DNA of 64,000 nucleotides from Chlorokybus atmophyticus (lineage: Eukaryota > Plantae > Mesostigma and Chlorokybus algae). This document shows positions 1 through 12,849 of this stretch, one piece after another; position 1 is the stretch's first letter, and each line of letters starts with the position of its first letter. A model generated the notes under the pieces. The model saw nothing but the letters and a program-made list of their open reading frames with translations. It was not told where the DNA came from and made no database searches. The translations under genes were made by a program, and so were the position numbers. Where the stretch lies: NCBI GenBank assembly GCA_009103225.1, contig RHPI01001132.1:62001-126000 (forward strand). The letters run 5' to 3'.

Positions 1-374
1 AGTACACAAACACCCCAGTACAGTGTCGTTGTCTGCTTGTGGTTGCGACAACCTGTTATCTTCGGATCAACAGTGTCAAGTCAATCTCAACTCTCAACAA
101 AAGTATGCCAAGAACTCTGTTGACAGCAATAAGCACCATATACAGCATGAACAAAGTTACTTGTCTGCATGTTATTCATGGGAGCTTTGTCCTGTTGGTG
201 CAACCTATAGCATGATATCTATCTCAAGTACATACTGCTTGCATAATTCAAAACAAGTCATTAGCTTATCAAGAGCGCAATGCACCACAAAAAGCAACAA
301 CTGCGACGTGATATGAAGGTAGTATAAGTGAGTAGGAAGGTACTATGGTGATGGTTGCTGTGCTTGGCGCATGC

Positions 375-648
375 CTGCGGCGGCGGCTTTCTCCACGACA
401 GCGACTGAGACGTCTCTGCCGCGCTGCTTGGCGAGCTGCCGCAGCCGGATGGCGGCCGCCAGCCCCGCCGGCCCCGCACCAACCACCACCACGTCGAACT
501 CCATCGCCTCCCTCGGTGCCGCCTTCGACGACGACGACGCCGAGGAAGCGGAGGAGGAGAAGCAGGGCAAAGAAGAGCAGGTGCAGGTGAGAACCTGGCG
601 CTGCAGCAATGGCCAGGACGCCGTCATCCGCCGCGCCAACGCCGCCAT
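375..648 (-). CDS. ETFQO: Electron-transfer flavoprotein:ubiquinone oxidoreductase, first exon (rest probably lies off the left edge)
   Basis: Mitochondrial-like presequence, then [43 protein letters not shown]. This is the FAD-binding GxGxxG N-terminus typical of ETF-QO. Exon end is probably G|GCATGC at 375/374 (uncertain). Confidence 0.8.
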
Positions 649-2394
649 GGTGCAGGGCGTGGATGAGGATGGTAGGGGTGCTAAGTGGCGTCTGCCAGGC
701 GGACAGGCAGAGCGATACCGCCACCGCCGTCGCAGGCGGGGTTGTTAGCTGTTGCTTCAATTGAACTCACGAGGTTGGCGCCAACGTGGCTCTGGAGGGG
801 ACATGGCTGACGTGGACTGGGGGGGACTGTCACTGAGTCAGACTCCAAGTGAGCATCGACCAGCTGTGTGAATGCTCGCTCGCACACACAACATAATTCA
901 TGAAGTACGTGCAGTCTCGACTCGAGGATGTCTGGAAGGGCGTTTCTTACCATCATGACAATCGACCACATCATGTATAGGCATTCCAATAACACGGATG
1001 CATGTATCAATGTATGCTTGAGTGCTTGGCCCCGTGTCTTGCTATTGCTGTTGCTTTGCCCAGTTGCGCTCTTAATAATATACCATGTACGTTAATGCAA
1101 TGCTGTGGCTTTGAGTGCATGTTATGTTGTGTATGGTGCCAATGGTGACATTACTACTGACAGCAAAATGCCACATGCGTATTGCTCGTGGGATGGCTTG
1201 GTACCATGCACATATTTTAATAAATTGCATTAATCAAAGCGACATGCAAGTGTTCCATCATATTTACACTAAAAATCAGTACTATTGGAATTTGAGTGCA
1301 AGCATTTGCATCTGCACAAACACCATCACAAGCGTGTCGTTGTGGCGCGTCATTATGCTATGGTGTTTAGCTGCAGCCCATACTTAATACACTTCGCGCA
1401 AGGAAAAAAGTTTTAATGACTGCGTCCACTTCGTTTCACGCATACAACCGTTTTAACACCGCAACTTGAAGCGGTTGCGGTAAGCGGACTTAATTAGGAT
1501 CATGCAGCTGCAGTCCCGCTTCATCTTGACACTGCCAATATGGGGGCAAACAAGCATGGTCTATGCCAGCTTTACTATTCTCGTATGCTGTCAGTCAGGA
1601 AAGGATTTGTGGTAAAAGCCCACAACCCTTCCGTTGTTGTATTTGCAGTGGCGTGCTTGGCTGCAACAATGACGGTTGCCTTAGCACCAACAATTCAGCT
1701 CTAGTTACACTATGCGCGGGTTAATGCGCTCACTATTGGGTAGCTATGCTGACTGAGCATATGCGTCATATGGCGTAGCTGTCATTGCATATGCAATTGC
1801 GTCGAGTTTTTGCTCTGCAGCCTGAGCATTGTTGCCGTAGAACAAATGCCTTGAGGTCCTGCACCATATTTCCATGGAACGACAGCTCCATGAGGGCCAT
1901 CACTCCGCAGAACTTTGTGGTTGCTTGCATTACACCTGCTGCGGTTTCCCTCTCTCTCCGACCATGGTGCAGCATAGGCTATTGTCAACTTCTGTTTTAC
2001 CAGTTTTTTAGGCAATGCAATTTCTCATGCAGTCTCTCCAGCTGGAGTTGGCCCACATCAAAGAAATCACAGCAGCCAACACCACACAAGCCTGGCAACA
2101 CAGCAAATGCAAAATCACCGCATGTTGCGTACTCGCACAACAGCGTCCAATGAATCCAATTCTTATGTCTACCATACAATCATATCAATGCCCTGCCTGA
2201 CCTACTTAGCAACTAGCTGAAACACCCAAAGTTAGGCAGGAATCCGTCCGTGACGCCCTCATAAGCAGGGAGCAATGCTAGTGATTGTCAGCGAGAAACA
2301 CTAGCATTGATCAAATTACCATGCTTTCAGTCAGCATCCCATCCTGACGCTGATGCGTAGCACTTGGCCATGCGCTTTGGTAGCACTTGTCAGT

Positions 2395-4416
2395 TTACTC
2401 AGATGACGGCCTCGCATTGGGGTCATAGATCTGACAGACACATACATTGTCAGTGATTTGGGGTCAGGAATAATGAGACAATTGGAGAGTTTGAAAAGCC
2501 CTGCTCACCTTCTTGATCTCGTCATACATGACGAGCACCAGAGCACCACCAGCACCACGGAGAACGTTGGAACCAGCACCCTTGAAGAAGGCACGAGGAC
2601 CCTCATTTTTGGCAATCTTGGACCAGCAGTCCAAGGTGCCATTGTACATGCGTTCACCCGTGCCAGACTGCACAAAGGGAACATGAGTAAGCCACCCACA
2701 CCAGATGTCAACCTGCGAGACAAATAGAAGACCACTTGCGTACCTGCATCATGAGACGTCGACGGACAGTGTCGAAGGGATAGGAGACCACACCGGCAGC
2801 AGCAGTCACAGCCTGAGCCACAACCCACTTCTGCAGAATGCTTGCGCTGCGGTAGTCCTCGAAAAGCATGCCCTTGGCGGTATCAAAACCGCCGAAGAAG
2901 GCAGCACGGTACACAATAATACCCTGCACTGACACACCGAAGCCCTGGTACAGACCCTTGAAGCCGTCCTGTGAGAATGAAAACAAGTGTGAGTTCCGAT
3001 GTAGCTGCGACCACAACAAACTGCTTGCGAATCAACTGCGTGATTGTAACATACCGCCCTGTAAACTTTGCCTATGCAGTCAAACAGGCCAGTGAACTGG
3101 CGGTTGGCACCCTTGCCAACATCAGCGGCAAGACGTGTACGCGCAAAATCCAGAGGATAGACAAACAGCAGGGAGGTAGCTCCGGCAGCACCACCTACAA
3201 AAGGGCACAATCAGGCATCCGACCATAAAGCATATCTTGCTGCGGCTTTTAACGATACAGGGCAGCATACTGTTGCAGCAGATGCCCTAGAATCAGCTGT
3301 CATACCAGATGCCAGGTTGCCAGCAAAGAACTTCCAGAACTCCTTCTTGGGGTCGTATGGGCAGAAGATTTCCTTGTAGGTATCCTTGAAGGCAAAATTC
3401 AAGGCCTGGGTGGGGAAGTACCGGATAATGTTCGCCATGTTACCGCGCCAAAACGACGCCACACCTTGTTCTGCGCTGACTCGCCTGAAGCAGTCAATAA
3501 TACCAGTGTACTTCTTCTGGCCAGTACCAGCAGCGAACTGCAACAACACATGATTCAGCAAAGGGCAAAGGCAGTGGCTGATCGCTGCAGGAGCAATGGA
3601 ACTCTAACGCATGGTGGCAAGGCGTGAGGGTAACCACACATGCAATAATGTCAAGCAAGCCATAGACACGTCTGATCAGCAGAACCCACAGTGCTCCAAT
3701 CATTGCAATGTAGTTCCATGTCAAGACAAGTTAGAAAGCCAGTCCACAGCAATGACATGCATTTGAGCTACCGAGAATGACACAACCGGCTATGGTGGAT
3801 GTGAGCAAAGTTGCCCCTGTTGCTGTTCGTGAGAACTATATTGCGTGAGCACACAGTTGACAAGACACGCGTACAAGCAGTCACTGGGCAACATTGTGAA
3901 CAACTGATAACCTGCGACAAGGACACCACCTACATTTCAGAAGCAAACACACCGTAGCAGTGTTGGCGAAAGAAGTACCATTAAACAACAAGTGCAGGAT
4001 ACAAACCAAGACATAATGGTCACTACCGCTTCATCTCACCATAAGATTGACAACCCAAGCAACAGAGGAAACAACAAGCTGCGTACCTGCTTGTTGGAGT
4101 CCTGCGTTTGCAACAACAGCTTCACGCGCTCAATGGGAGCGACAACAGTCTTGGAGATACCACCGGCAACACCACCAGCTGCCAGATCGCCGAGGAAAGT
4201 CGTCAATACGAACTCCTTCTTAGCGGGCAGCATGAAGGAGGTGGAGGCGGCTGGGGTGGCGTGCAGGCCAGTGGTGGCAGCAGGAGAGTACAGAATAGCG
4301 GAAGCCGCGCCGAAGGTGGCTCCCGGCAAATCCCGGTGGGCCTTCGGGGCCACCATGGTGCCGGAGGGGGCGCCGAGGGCGGCCATGAACTGGGTGCGGC
4401 GCTCTTGGTTCAACAT
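2395..4416 (-). CDS. AAC: Mitochondrial ADP/ATP carrier (SLC25), 6 coding exons: 4416-4087, 3537-3306, 3194-3055, 2968-2744, 2667-2509, 2430-2395
   Basis: [66 protein letters not shown] (RRRMMM-type signature). All junctions are GT-AG and in frame. Ends [17 protein letters not shown]. Has an N-terminal extension. Confidence 0.95.
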
Positions 4417-6269
4417 TGTCGCTCTAAACAGTACGCAGACTGTCAGCACCCATACGTCAGCAGTTGCCGCAGTGCGTCAAGCCAATGCAACCATGCAGGC
4501 AAAGGGCAAAGCTCATTCGATAATGCGCATGGGCTTGCCAACGCAGTCACGAGAAGCTCCACAACACGCATTTCATCAACCACAGCAGCTTCATTGCATG
4601 TGTGCCGATGTCAACGATCACCACAACAACTCGCCGCTTACTAGTATAGTTGACGCTGCTGGCGAAAACAAACCCTAGGCGCTGACACCATCAACAACAT
4701 GCCGACACCAATGCGACCAGACCAACAGCAGTTCCTGACATGCACACGATGCATAGACAAAGCAACCCACCCACCTCCTGCCGAGAGCCTCCACGCCCGG
4801 CCCCAACGTCGCAGTGGCGGCTGCAGCAGTTACCCAACAACGACGAGCCCCGCTACAGTTAACAGTCCGCCAGTTGTCAAAGTCTAAACACGTCCCGCGA
4901 GACGGGTCTTACGGGAGTCTTTGGTGTTGCGGCGGCGGGGCGGTGGAGTTCAGTTAGGGATTACGAAGCGCCTGCAGGCGAAGTCTGGTCTCCACGGGCT
5001 GCCTGAGCGGCGATCCAACTGGCCTCCCGCGCGGCTGGGCTGGCACGGTCAGCGTTTGAACCAGAGTTCGCTCTCGCGGCCTCGCTTTGCCCCGGTTACC
5101 TGTCAACCTTAACCGCGGTTCGGTGCTGCGAAGAGGGGGCGAACCTAGTAGGCACTGCCTACCCATGACACCTCGCATGGTGGCATGACTGTGACGAGCT
5201 GCTCGAGTCATGCCTATGCAACCTACCAATTTCACACAATAATGCCACATTATTCAGTGCTTACAATTGCATGGCAATTGACATATAGTTGGAGCATCAG
5301 CACTTCAATACTAGCAAATACGTAGCTGATAACAGATGCAAAATGGTGTTGTTCATTTTAACATATCATATGTCATAACAGTGTTTAAAAATAACAGTTA
5401 TGGACACGATTCAATCTTGTACATGATATGTTATGTGATTATTATGACATACCCTTTGCAATAAGCATTGATTCGTTCAGTAGTGCTAATGTTATTATAC
5501 ATATTCTGTGCAGTCATGTCAACCACACATATTATCTAACATATTAAACTTGATGTTAATAACTTTGCGTAATGTTACTCTTATATGTATAACAAGTAGA
5601 TGCTCAATTTTTGTATATGTGTATTTGCAGCGTAGGATGATGTGTTATCGACATAAGCCAAAGCTTAATTACACATGAAACGAATTTTAGTTAGCTCACG
5701 TTTTGCAGCTCATGTTATTAGCATTGCTATTAATAAATAACAGTATGTATGAGGCAGCGTCGTAGTTGTTGCACATACCTTGTCCAAAATGATTGCAACG
5801 CAGCGTGACATGAGTGCAAAACATGCGCAATAATGTGACTGTGTATTGCACATGCCTCGACAGTATCCGCTACTTTTCTTAAGACAAGCTACATGCGTCC
5901 ATTGAAATAAAGCACACCGGATTTCTGTTATCATCACACGTACTGTACATACTTATCATATGTTTATGTACCTTATGTTGACATACATACAGTGTACGCA
6001 AAGTTGTTGCGAAGCAAAGAATGGAACACCTGCAGAAATGGCACTGGCATGCCACAAGTAGTCATACCAGCTTTTATCGCAGCAAAGCTGTGGCGGACCA
6101 CGCATGCATGCTAACACCTACGCTGCTCAGCAGCTGGATATCATACAAGTGTTGGCATGTGCATTCCAACACTGCTCGAGCAACACTTGCAGTCGTGCAC
6201 TACTATGCAAGCCAGTGTATGTTCAAGTCAGCATCGGCAATCCCCTGCCAGGTTTGAGTTGACTCAAAG

Positions 6270-8414
6270 CTAAGGGACCTCCAGGTTCTTATACCAATCC
6301 AGGCCCATGGGACAAACATCAACACCCTTGCGCACAGCTGGGCGAGCAAAGCAGCGACGGACGTACGCGTCCACCTTGGGGAACTGCAAATGATAAAATG
6401 TATCAGCTACAAGATTGCAAGAATCATGCTGAACCAGGGCTGGCTGATGTTGTTAGCACAAGAAACAAGTGCCTAACAGGCCAAGCACATGTTCATTAGA
6501 ACTCTTGTGCCATAATGTTGTGCGTTTCACCTTGTCAAGGTCAAGTTGTTGCCGTCCTTCGTAAGCGACATCCAGGCATCTCACCCAGGGGAAGATTGCC
6601 ATGTCGGCAATCGTGTACTCATCTCCTGTTATGTAATCGTTGCCCTCAAGCTGCTTTTCCAATACGCCCAACAGGCGCTTGGCTTCGTTGGTGTACCGCT
6701 CGACTGGGTAAGGGTGATCACATTTATCCTGCTCGCAACAATGCAATTGCTCCAAAACAGCGCATGAGTACTGTGCTTGCATGCCATCAGCTGCATGCTC
6801 ATAAGTCAAGGCCACACCACTGCAAGTCACGTGCACAAACCTGACCCTCACCAGCTCACCTTAGCATACTTGAAGAAGTGCCCAAACTGGCCAAACATAG
6901 GACCTGAAAAGCGCACACAAAGATGAATAACTGCAGGCTAGAGTGGTAGCGGTAGCAAAGACATGTTTGCAACTGACCAATGGATGCCATCTGGAAAAAC
7001 AGCCACTGGGCAACAAACAGCTGCGCCTTCTCTGTGCTGCCGCCGAACTGCCCTGTCTTCTTCGCCAAGTACTGCAGGATGGCTCCGCTCTCCATGATCG
7101 GTACCTCCTCACCACCTGGCAGTTGCAAGGCATGTTCAGTGCCGTGCGCATTATATTCTACTGCCACCAAGAAGCAAGCTCCACATGGTTCTGACCTGGA
7201 CCGTTTGGGTCCACAATGGCAGGAATCTGCTTGCGCACAACAGCATGTTGGGATAAGTAAGCCAGCTGTGCCAATACATGACCATAACTCGCCTGCAACG
7301 CTGGTACCTTTGAGTTGGGGTTGATGGCAATGAACTCGGGAGTGAACTGGTCGTTCTTGAATATATCAACCATATGCGCGTCATAAGGCAGGCCCATCTC
7401 CTCCAGGGCAATGCTCACCTGCCATGCATTGGCTGCGTTGTGAATTCCTGCAATTTCTCAGCAACAACCAAGCCACAAGCGTGATGTCTGAAGCGGATCC
7501 ACAGGTGCTGTTTTTGATAAAGCTCGCCCCAACCTGTGTTGTGCACCACCAAATGTTGTATAATGTATCATGCGTGTCGGGTAAAACAACCACTCAATTG
7601 AAAAACTAAATGGTACCACGCATGCATGATTTGTGAACGACACTTGCAAGAACAGCACTTCCGGGCATGTGCACTCAATGACAAGACACTTCCAATAGAG
7701 AATTTCAGTTTCTGTTGTTGACGCTTTCTTAGCTGGTGTATACCTCCTCAGTGTGCTTCAGACCTCAGTCCAACATACCAGCGACAAACAGTTGGACACC
7801 ATCAAGACTGGCATGAGCTGTACACAATACTTCAAGTGTCGTACGACATTCATAAAAGGTTGTGTTTAACATGGATGCATGCGTCATGATCGACGCTAGC
7901 ATGAACAGCACCACAACACCGTGCATGCGCACAGACATTACCTAGACATGTTCAACAACCTCAAGGGAGTACAGTTGCTGTGACTCATGCTGCAGCTTGT
8001 GTGCACCTGTTTTGTCTCAGGAGACTAAACCGCCCAGTTCAACATGCCAGCAACAAACAGCTGCCATGCGCCCAAAACCGGTGCATAGCCCACCAGACTG
8101 TGGGTGCGAGTGACCCAGAAACGCATGCAAGCAAGGAGCACGAGAATGTAGTAGTCGTCGCACACATGCAGACAGCAGTTGACGCAAGACGGCAGACAGG
8201 CTTTCACCTTCGCGCCGTTGGGCGTGTTGGCGGAGTACAGCTGGATCTTCTTGTCGGTGGCCATGGCGAAAACAGCAAGCCGCCCTGCGCAGCGACGAAA
8301 CGCCTTTTCTCTAACGTTGCTAAGCTTAGCAGGCGGCGGCTGCGGTAAGAACACGAGCAACCTGGTGCCACGTGGCACACCACCGCCGCAGCGCACTGCC
8401 AAGCTGGCAAGCAT
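6270..8414 (-). CDS. Glutathione S-transferase, Nu class (YfcG/YghU-like), with an N-terminal targeting-like extension; multi-exon
   Basis: IQLYSANTPNGAKVSIALEEMGLPY, INPNSKVPAIVD, IMESGAILQYLAKK, QWLFFQMASIGPMFGQFGHF, DEYTIADMAIFPWV. Last exon 6383-6270 reads FPKVDAYVRRCFARPAVRKG...EVP*. Confidence 0.9.
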
Positions 8415-8801
8415 GGCTACCTTCATCCAGTGCCTTAATGTCCAAATAAGGGGCAGTTAAGGCACTGAATGTGGTCGTTGAGCGCTGCATTCAGTGTCTT
8501 AATGGGCTCCAAGTCAGCTGCTGACTCGGAGTCACATTGATTCTAAACTCACCACCTTTCAGAAAGGTGTTACAGTGTCGAAAGAATCTTTTTCGGAAAA
8601 TTCAACGCGCTTATTCGGCATGCGGCAGCTCTAAACCGCAGACAGTTTAGACTAAGCGAGAGCGAGCAGGTGCTGTGTCGTCGTCGTCGACGCTGGCGGC
8701 GGCGGCGGTGACAAATGCCAGATTGCAGAAGATATTATGAGCTCTTCATACTCTAGCTGCTTAGCAAGTGTGGTGTAAGGTGGTCAGAATTCTGTTGTAT
8801 A

Positions 8802-11793
8802 ATGGAGGACTCTGCGGAAGGCGTCAGGCAGCCTCTGCTTCCGCCGCCGTCGGCAGCGCCGGCTGCGCCTTCTCAGGTGGGAGATGTTGTCAACAACATG
8901 CGCACTGTCACTTGAAAAAGATGAAGCGTTGCGATATTAAGAAAGTGCATGTCCAATCAAGCCTCGTATCTGCTGCTGCAAGTAGCCATGCATTGCCATA
9001 AAGGCAGGCATGCAAACAAGAATGGGACTGCCAAGGCCATGTTATGGATATTGAGTAGGAAAAATTCAATCAGCCAAGACTTTCAGCATGATCTGACTCT
9101 CACAGTATCCAGAAAACATCGCACATGTTGCATGAATGCAGCAGCATGCACAGAGCACGTGTTCCTGACAACATGCAGCTTGTGCGGTAAAGTGCAGCGA
9201 ACGCAAACACTGAACAAGCAAATGCTGTTGTCTGCCAGGCGCACGGGACACGTCCCAATGCCAGGGTGGTAGTGTTTGCGGTGTTGATGTTGGTTACCGG
9301 CACGACAAACACCATAGGTAAGCGCTCGCACCGTAACACCAACCTTGCCTGACTTTGAGAGTGTCGTTGTCACTGCCTCGTTTAGGCATCATGGTTGCAA
9401 CTGCCAGCCATGATGATCGCACATGCACTTGGTGCACATGGTAACAGTCAAGCTTGAAATATGAAAAAGCGACAAGCATTGGGTCAGTGAGAAGTCCTTG
9501 TAACGTTCCTGTAAGTCGCTAACATTTGCGTCTGCAGCTTTGAAGTTTCAGGACCGCACAGTGGTTGGTCAGGCACCCGATGGCTCTCTGTTGTATTTCC
9601 AGCACCCGGGCTTCCAGACTGCTTGCATGTTCTTAGGAGAGGCGTTATGTCTAGTTGCATACATAGTTCATAAAGGGCTAAAACGACGGTACCAATCTAA
9701 GCCCCAACAGTCGCGTCCCGCAAACACGCTCCCCAAAGTACGTGCTCTATCGCTGATATGTTTCTCTTTGGTTGTTTGTGTGAAGGGATGTGCGAGTCAT
9801 GGAGGATCTGTTGTGCAGGTGCTGACATTTGCACTGCCAACCATATGCGACGCAAGTGCTACAACTCTCATGAACGTCGGCTTGTTCTTCGTATCCATGC
9901 TAGTGTTATGCGCCTTGCAGTGCTCAGTGTACGAACCTGCAAGCCTTAACCCCATTAACAGACATATGCCAGTGTGTATCAGATGCTTCGCGGCACGCTC
10001 GTCTTGTTCACAGGTAACTGCGTCTTAGATGGGTCTCTGCAGACCGCAGGCTAATGGGAGTGTTGTAACAGGTTTCTGGACTGTGACGCTACTTCACCGG
10101 CATCTAAGACCGCATCACTGGACGGGCATTGCACTTGTTACGACAGGTGGTTTGCATGAGTGCACACATGGAGCAAGAGGAAAATCTTGCGACTGTACTG
10201 ACAGCGCTGTGTGGTCACTTTGCAGGTGCAGCCGTTGTTGGTGCTGCAAGTCTTCTAGCATCAAGGGAGGTGCCACCTGTTCCGTCGCACAATCACAACC
10301 AGTACGTTTATAACTACTGCATGCTTTAAGAGTGTTCATGTCTTGTTTACGTTGTGCCTTGCACTTGCACTTGCCTTGCACTTGCACTTGCAAGCAGGCA
10401 AGTGGCTTCTGGTTGCCTTCATCGCCTTCTTGTGGCTGTGCACGTACTTTCATACTGAAGGGACACTGCTTGTCTGACATTCTGTCAATCTCAACAGAGT
10501 ATTGAGCGTTCCTTCTCCCCAGACTGCAGCTCTACTGGGAAACCTGTTTGTTGTGATGGCACAGGCGCTTGGTGGTTTGCAAGTGGTGCTGGAAGAGAAG
10601 TTTCTTGCCAAGTACCATGTGAGAGCACTGTTCGAAATTTGCCGGCAGACCCACCATATTGCTGTCTGCGGCTAGCAAGAGTAAGCATGTGCGTGCACTG
10701 ATACACAGGTACCTTCAATGCAAGCAGTTGGCATCGAGGGCTTCTGGGGAGTACTCATCAGCCTTATAGCGCTTCCCATCCTGTACTTTGTCCGAGGTCG
10801 GTTGCATGAAGAAACACATGTTTGTTGACTCGGCACAGTACAGCCAATGGTACCAAGCAACACAATGCAGCAGTCTCATGGAGAGTTGTGTGCAGGTCAG
10901 GACCAAGGCTCATTGGAGTCCTTTCCTGAAGCTTTGCGGCAAGTGTATGCTTCCAGGAGGTTGCAGGTCGCAGTTCCTTTAAGCATCATATCAGTGGCCT
11001 TCTTCAACTACTTTGGCATCTCTGTAACAAAGTCCTTGTCTGGAGCAGCAAGGGCCACCATTGATGCTTGCAGGTACAGCGCTTGTCATTGCGTGAACTT
11101 GAACATCAATACGCCTGAGGTCGTGCATGCGCCTGCGACTGCGAACCACCTGGTCGTCTTCTTTGTTGCAGTGACTGCAGCAAGTACATAGATGCCCCTC
11201 ATATTTTTTCTGACGCAATTTGTCGGCGTGCCTTAGGTGCCATGTGCATTGCCCCTTGCATGTTGCAACTTTGTGGTTTTGTGCATTCTAGGACTTTGTT
11301 TATTTGGATGACCGCTTTGGCTATTGGCTGGGAGATGTTTCACGGACTTCAGGTGGTGGGGTTTGCAATACTCCTCTTGGGTACCTTGCTATACAACGAG
11401 GTATGACAGGCGCAAAATCGCGCTGAAGTACCATTCTCGTTACCATTCAGCACAACATACCTGATGCCAGGCAAATCACTGCAAGGTTGTTGACTCTGTG
11501 TTGACAGATTGTCAAACCCCCTGTGTTTGACTACGCTGTACCCCCTGGACATGAACCAGAGGAGTACGCTGAGCCGCTGATTGTAGAGGAGGAGCACACT
11601 GCAACTTATGTGGCAGGTAAGACCAACAGCAAGCGCATGCCAGCAGTCATACTCACCACTAATCAGAAATGTACATGCGCATCCCACTAGTAGTTGAACT
11701 GTTACAGTCATGGGTTATTGCTGTATTGTAAGCAAGAAGGGTGAAAAGTTACTCGTGGCTGAAGAAATGTTTTCCTTTGCAGGACATGTATAA
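8802..11793 (+). CDS. SLC35F6-like drug/metabolite (nucleotide-sugar) transporter; multi-exon
   Basis: MLVTGTTNTI, KFQDRT...FQHPGFQTACMFLGEALCL, FALPTICDASATTLMNVGL, ASVYQMLRGTLV, VVLEEKFL, SIAFFNYFGISVTKSLSGAARATIDACRT, GTLLYNE. Start and last micro-exon are inferred. Confidence 0.8.
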
Positions 11794-12849
11794 CAGCATT
11801 GTTGGAGTGGCAGTGCGACTGCCATTTGTACATACTGTACAGTCACCACCTGCAGCTTGGTGCGATGCAGCACCACGGCCAGCAGCATAGTATCACCCTG
11901 CATAAGGCACGCATTGTTGCCACCAACCACACATAGAATCATGCACGGAGTTGACACGCGTGTATGCATAGTGTGTTGTTTGCCGCTATTTGCATTAATG
12001 GTGCATCAGTGCCACCGCAAGGGTTAGCCGGACTAAGCACTTGGGCAACTTGTGTCCATTTGGCACACTTGCTCTGCGGAACTCAGCAGGCTGGACATAT
12101 AGTGTGCCTGATTGTTGTACATACAACGTGGTGTATGAAGGCGCATGCAACTAGCATGCAATAAGTGTGATTAGCACACAGCATGCATGCAGCCAGCGTC
12201 AAGTAGTTCACCACCGCTGACCTACTCTACATTCACTACCGCTACTCCTAACATAACCACTTTGTTAGGCATGCAAGCATGCCTAACGCAGTGGTTGTGT
12301 TAGGAGTAGCCATAATCCGCAATTACCTGCACCATTCAGCTGTGTATAAGTATATATAGAGGTGAGAAGTTGCACTCAGCGGTTGTCACTGGTCATACAA
12401 ATAGTTGTTAGGACTTGGAAGGTTGCCCACTGCACGTGTTATCGGTTTTCCCAACAGCTGCTAAAACTGCTACCACACAGTCTAGCAGTGTCTCGGTAGG
12501 AATCAGCCACAGGTAATATATGCTCTCAGCTTATCACCTGGCAGAAGCTATAACACATGGGCAAATTGAGGCACAGTACGTCCATCATGTTGTTATTACC
12601 GGCTAAATACAGCAAAAACGACCAAATCTATGTATACAATGCCACCCTCCCTACACGCCGGATGGCGCACTGCTCGAGTCCATGTGTTGATGCCAAACCT
12701 GATGTTACCACCGCACATGCAACCCGCAGTGGCGCCACTCGACAACTATAGTACATCAGAGACACGCACTTGGGCCCAGCACCCCGCAAAATGCGGGCCC
12801 ACAGTACTTACAACACTACCACACATACCCACACCACTCTCCCTTGCAT

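Noticed and set aside
802-2200. Possible small plus-strand gene (ATGGCTGAC at 802; exon-like pieces near 1870-1980 and 2034-2200)
   Set aside because: Could not assemble a consistent frame or recognise any domain.
4890-5160. GC-rich stretch with GAAGTCTGG, resembling RNase P CR-I
   Set aside because: No CR-V at a suitable distance. Better explained as the ADP/ATP carrier promoter or 5'UTR.
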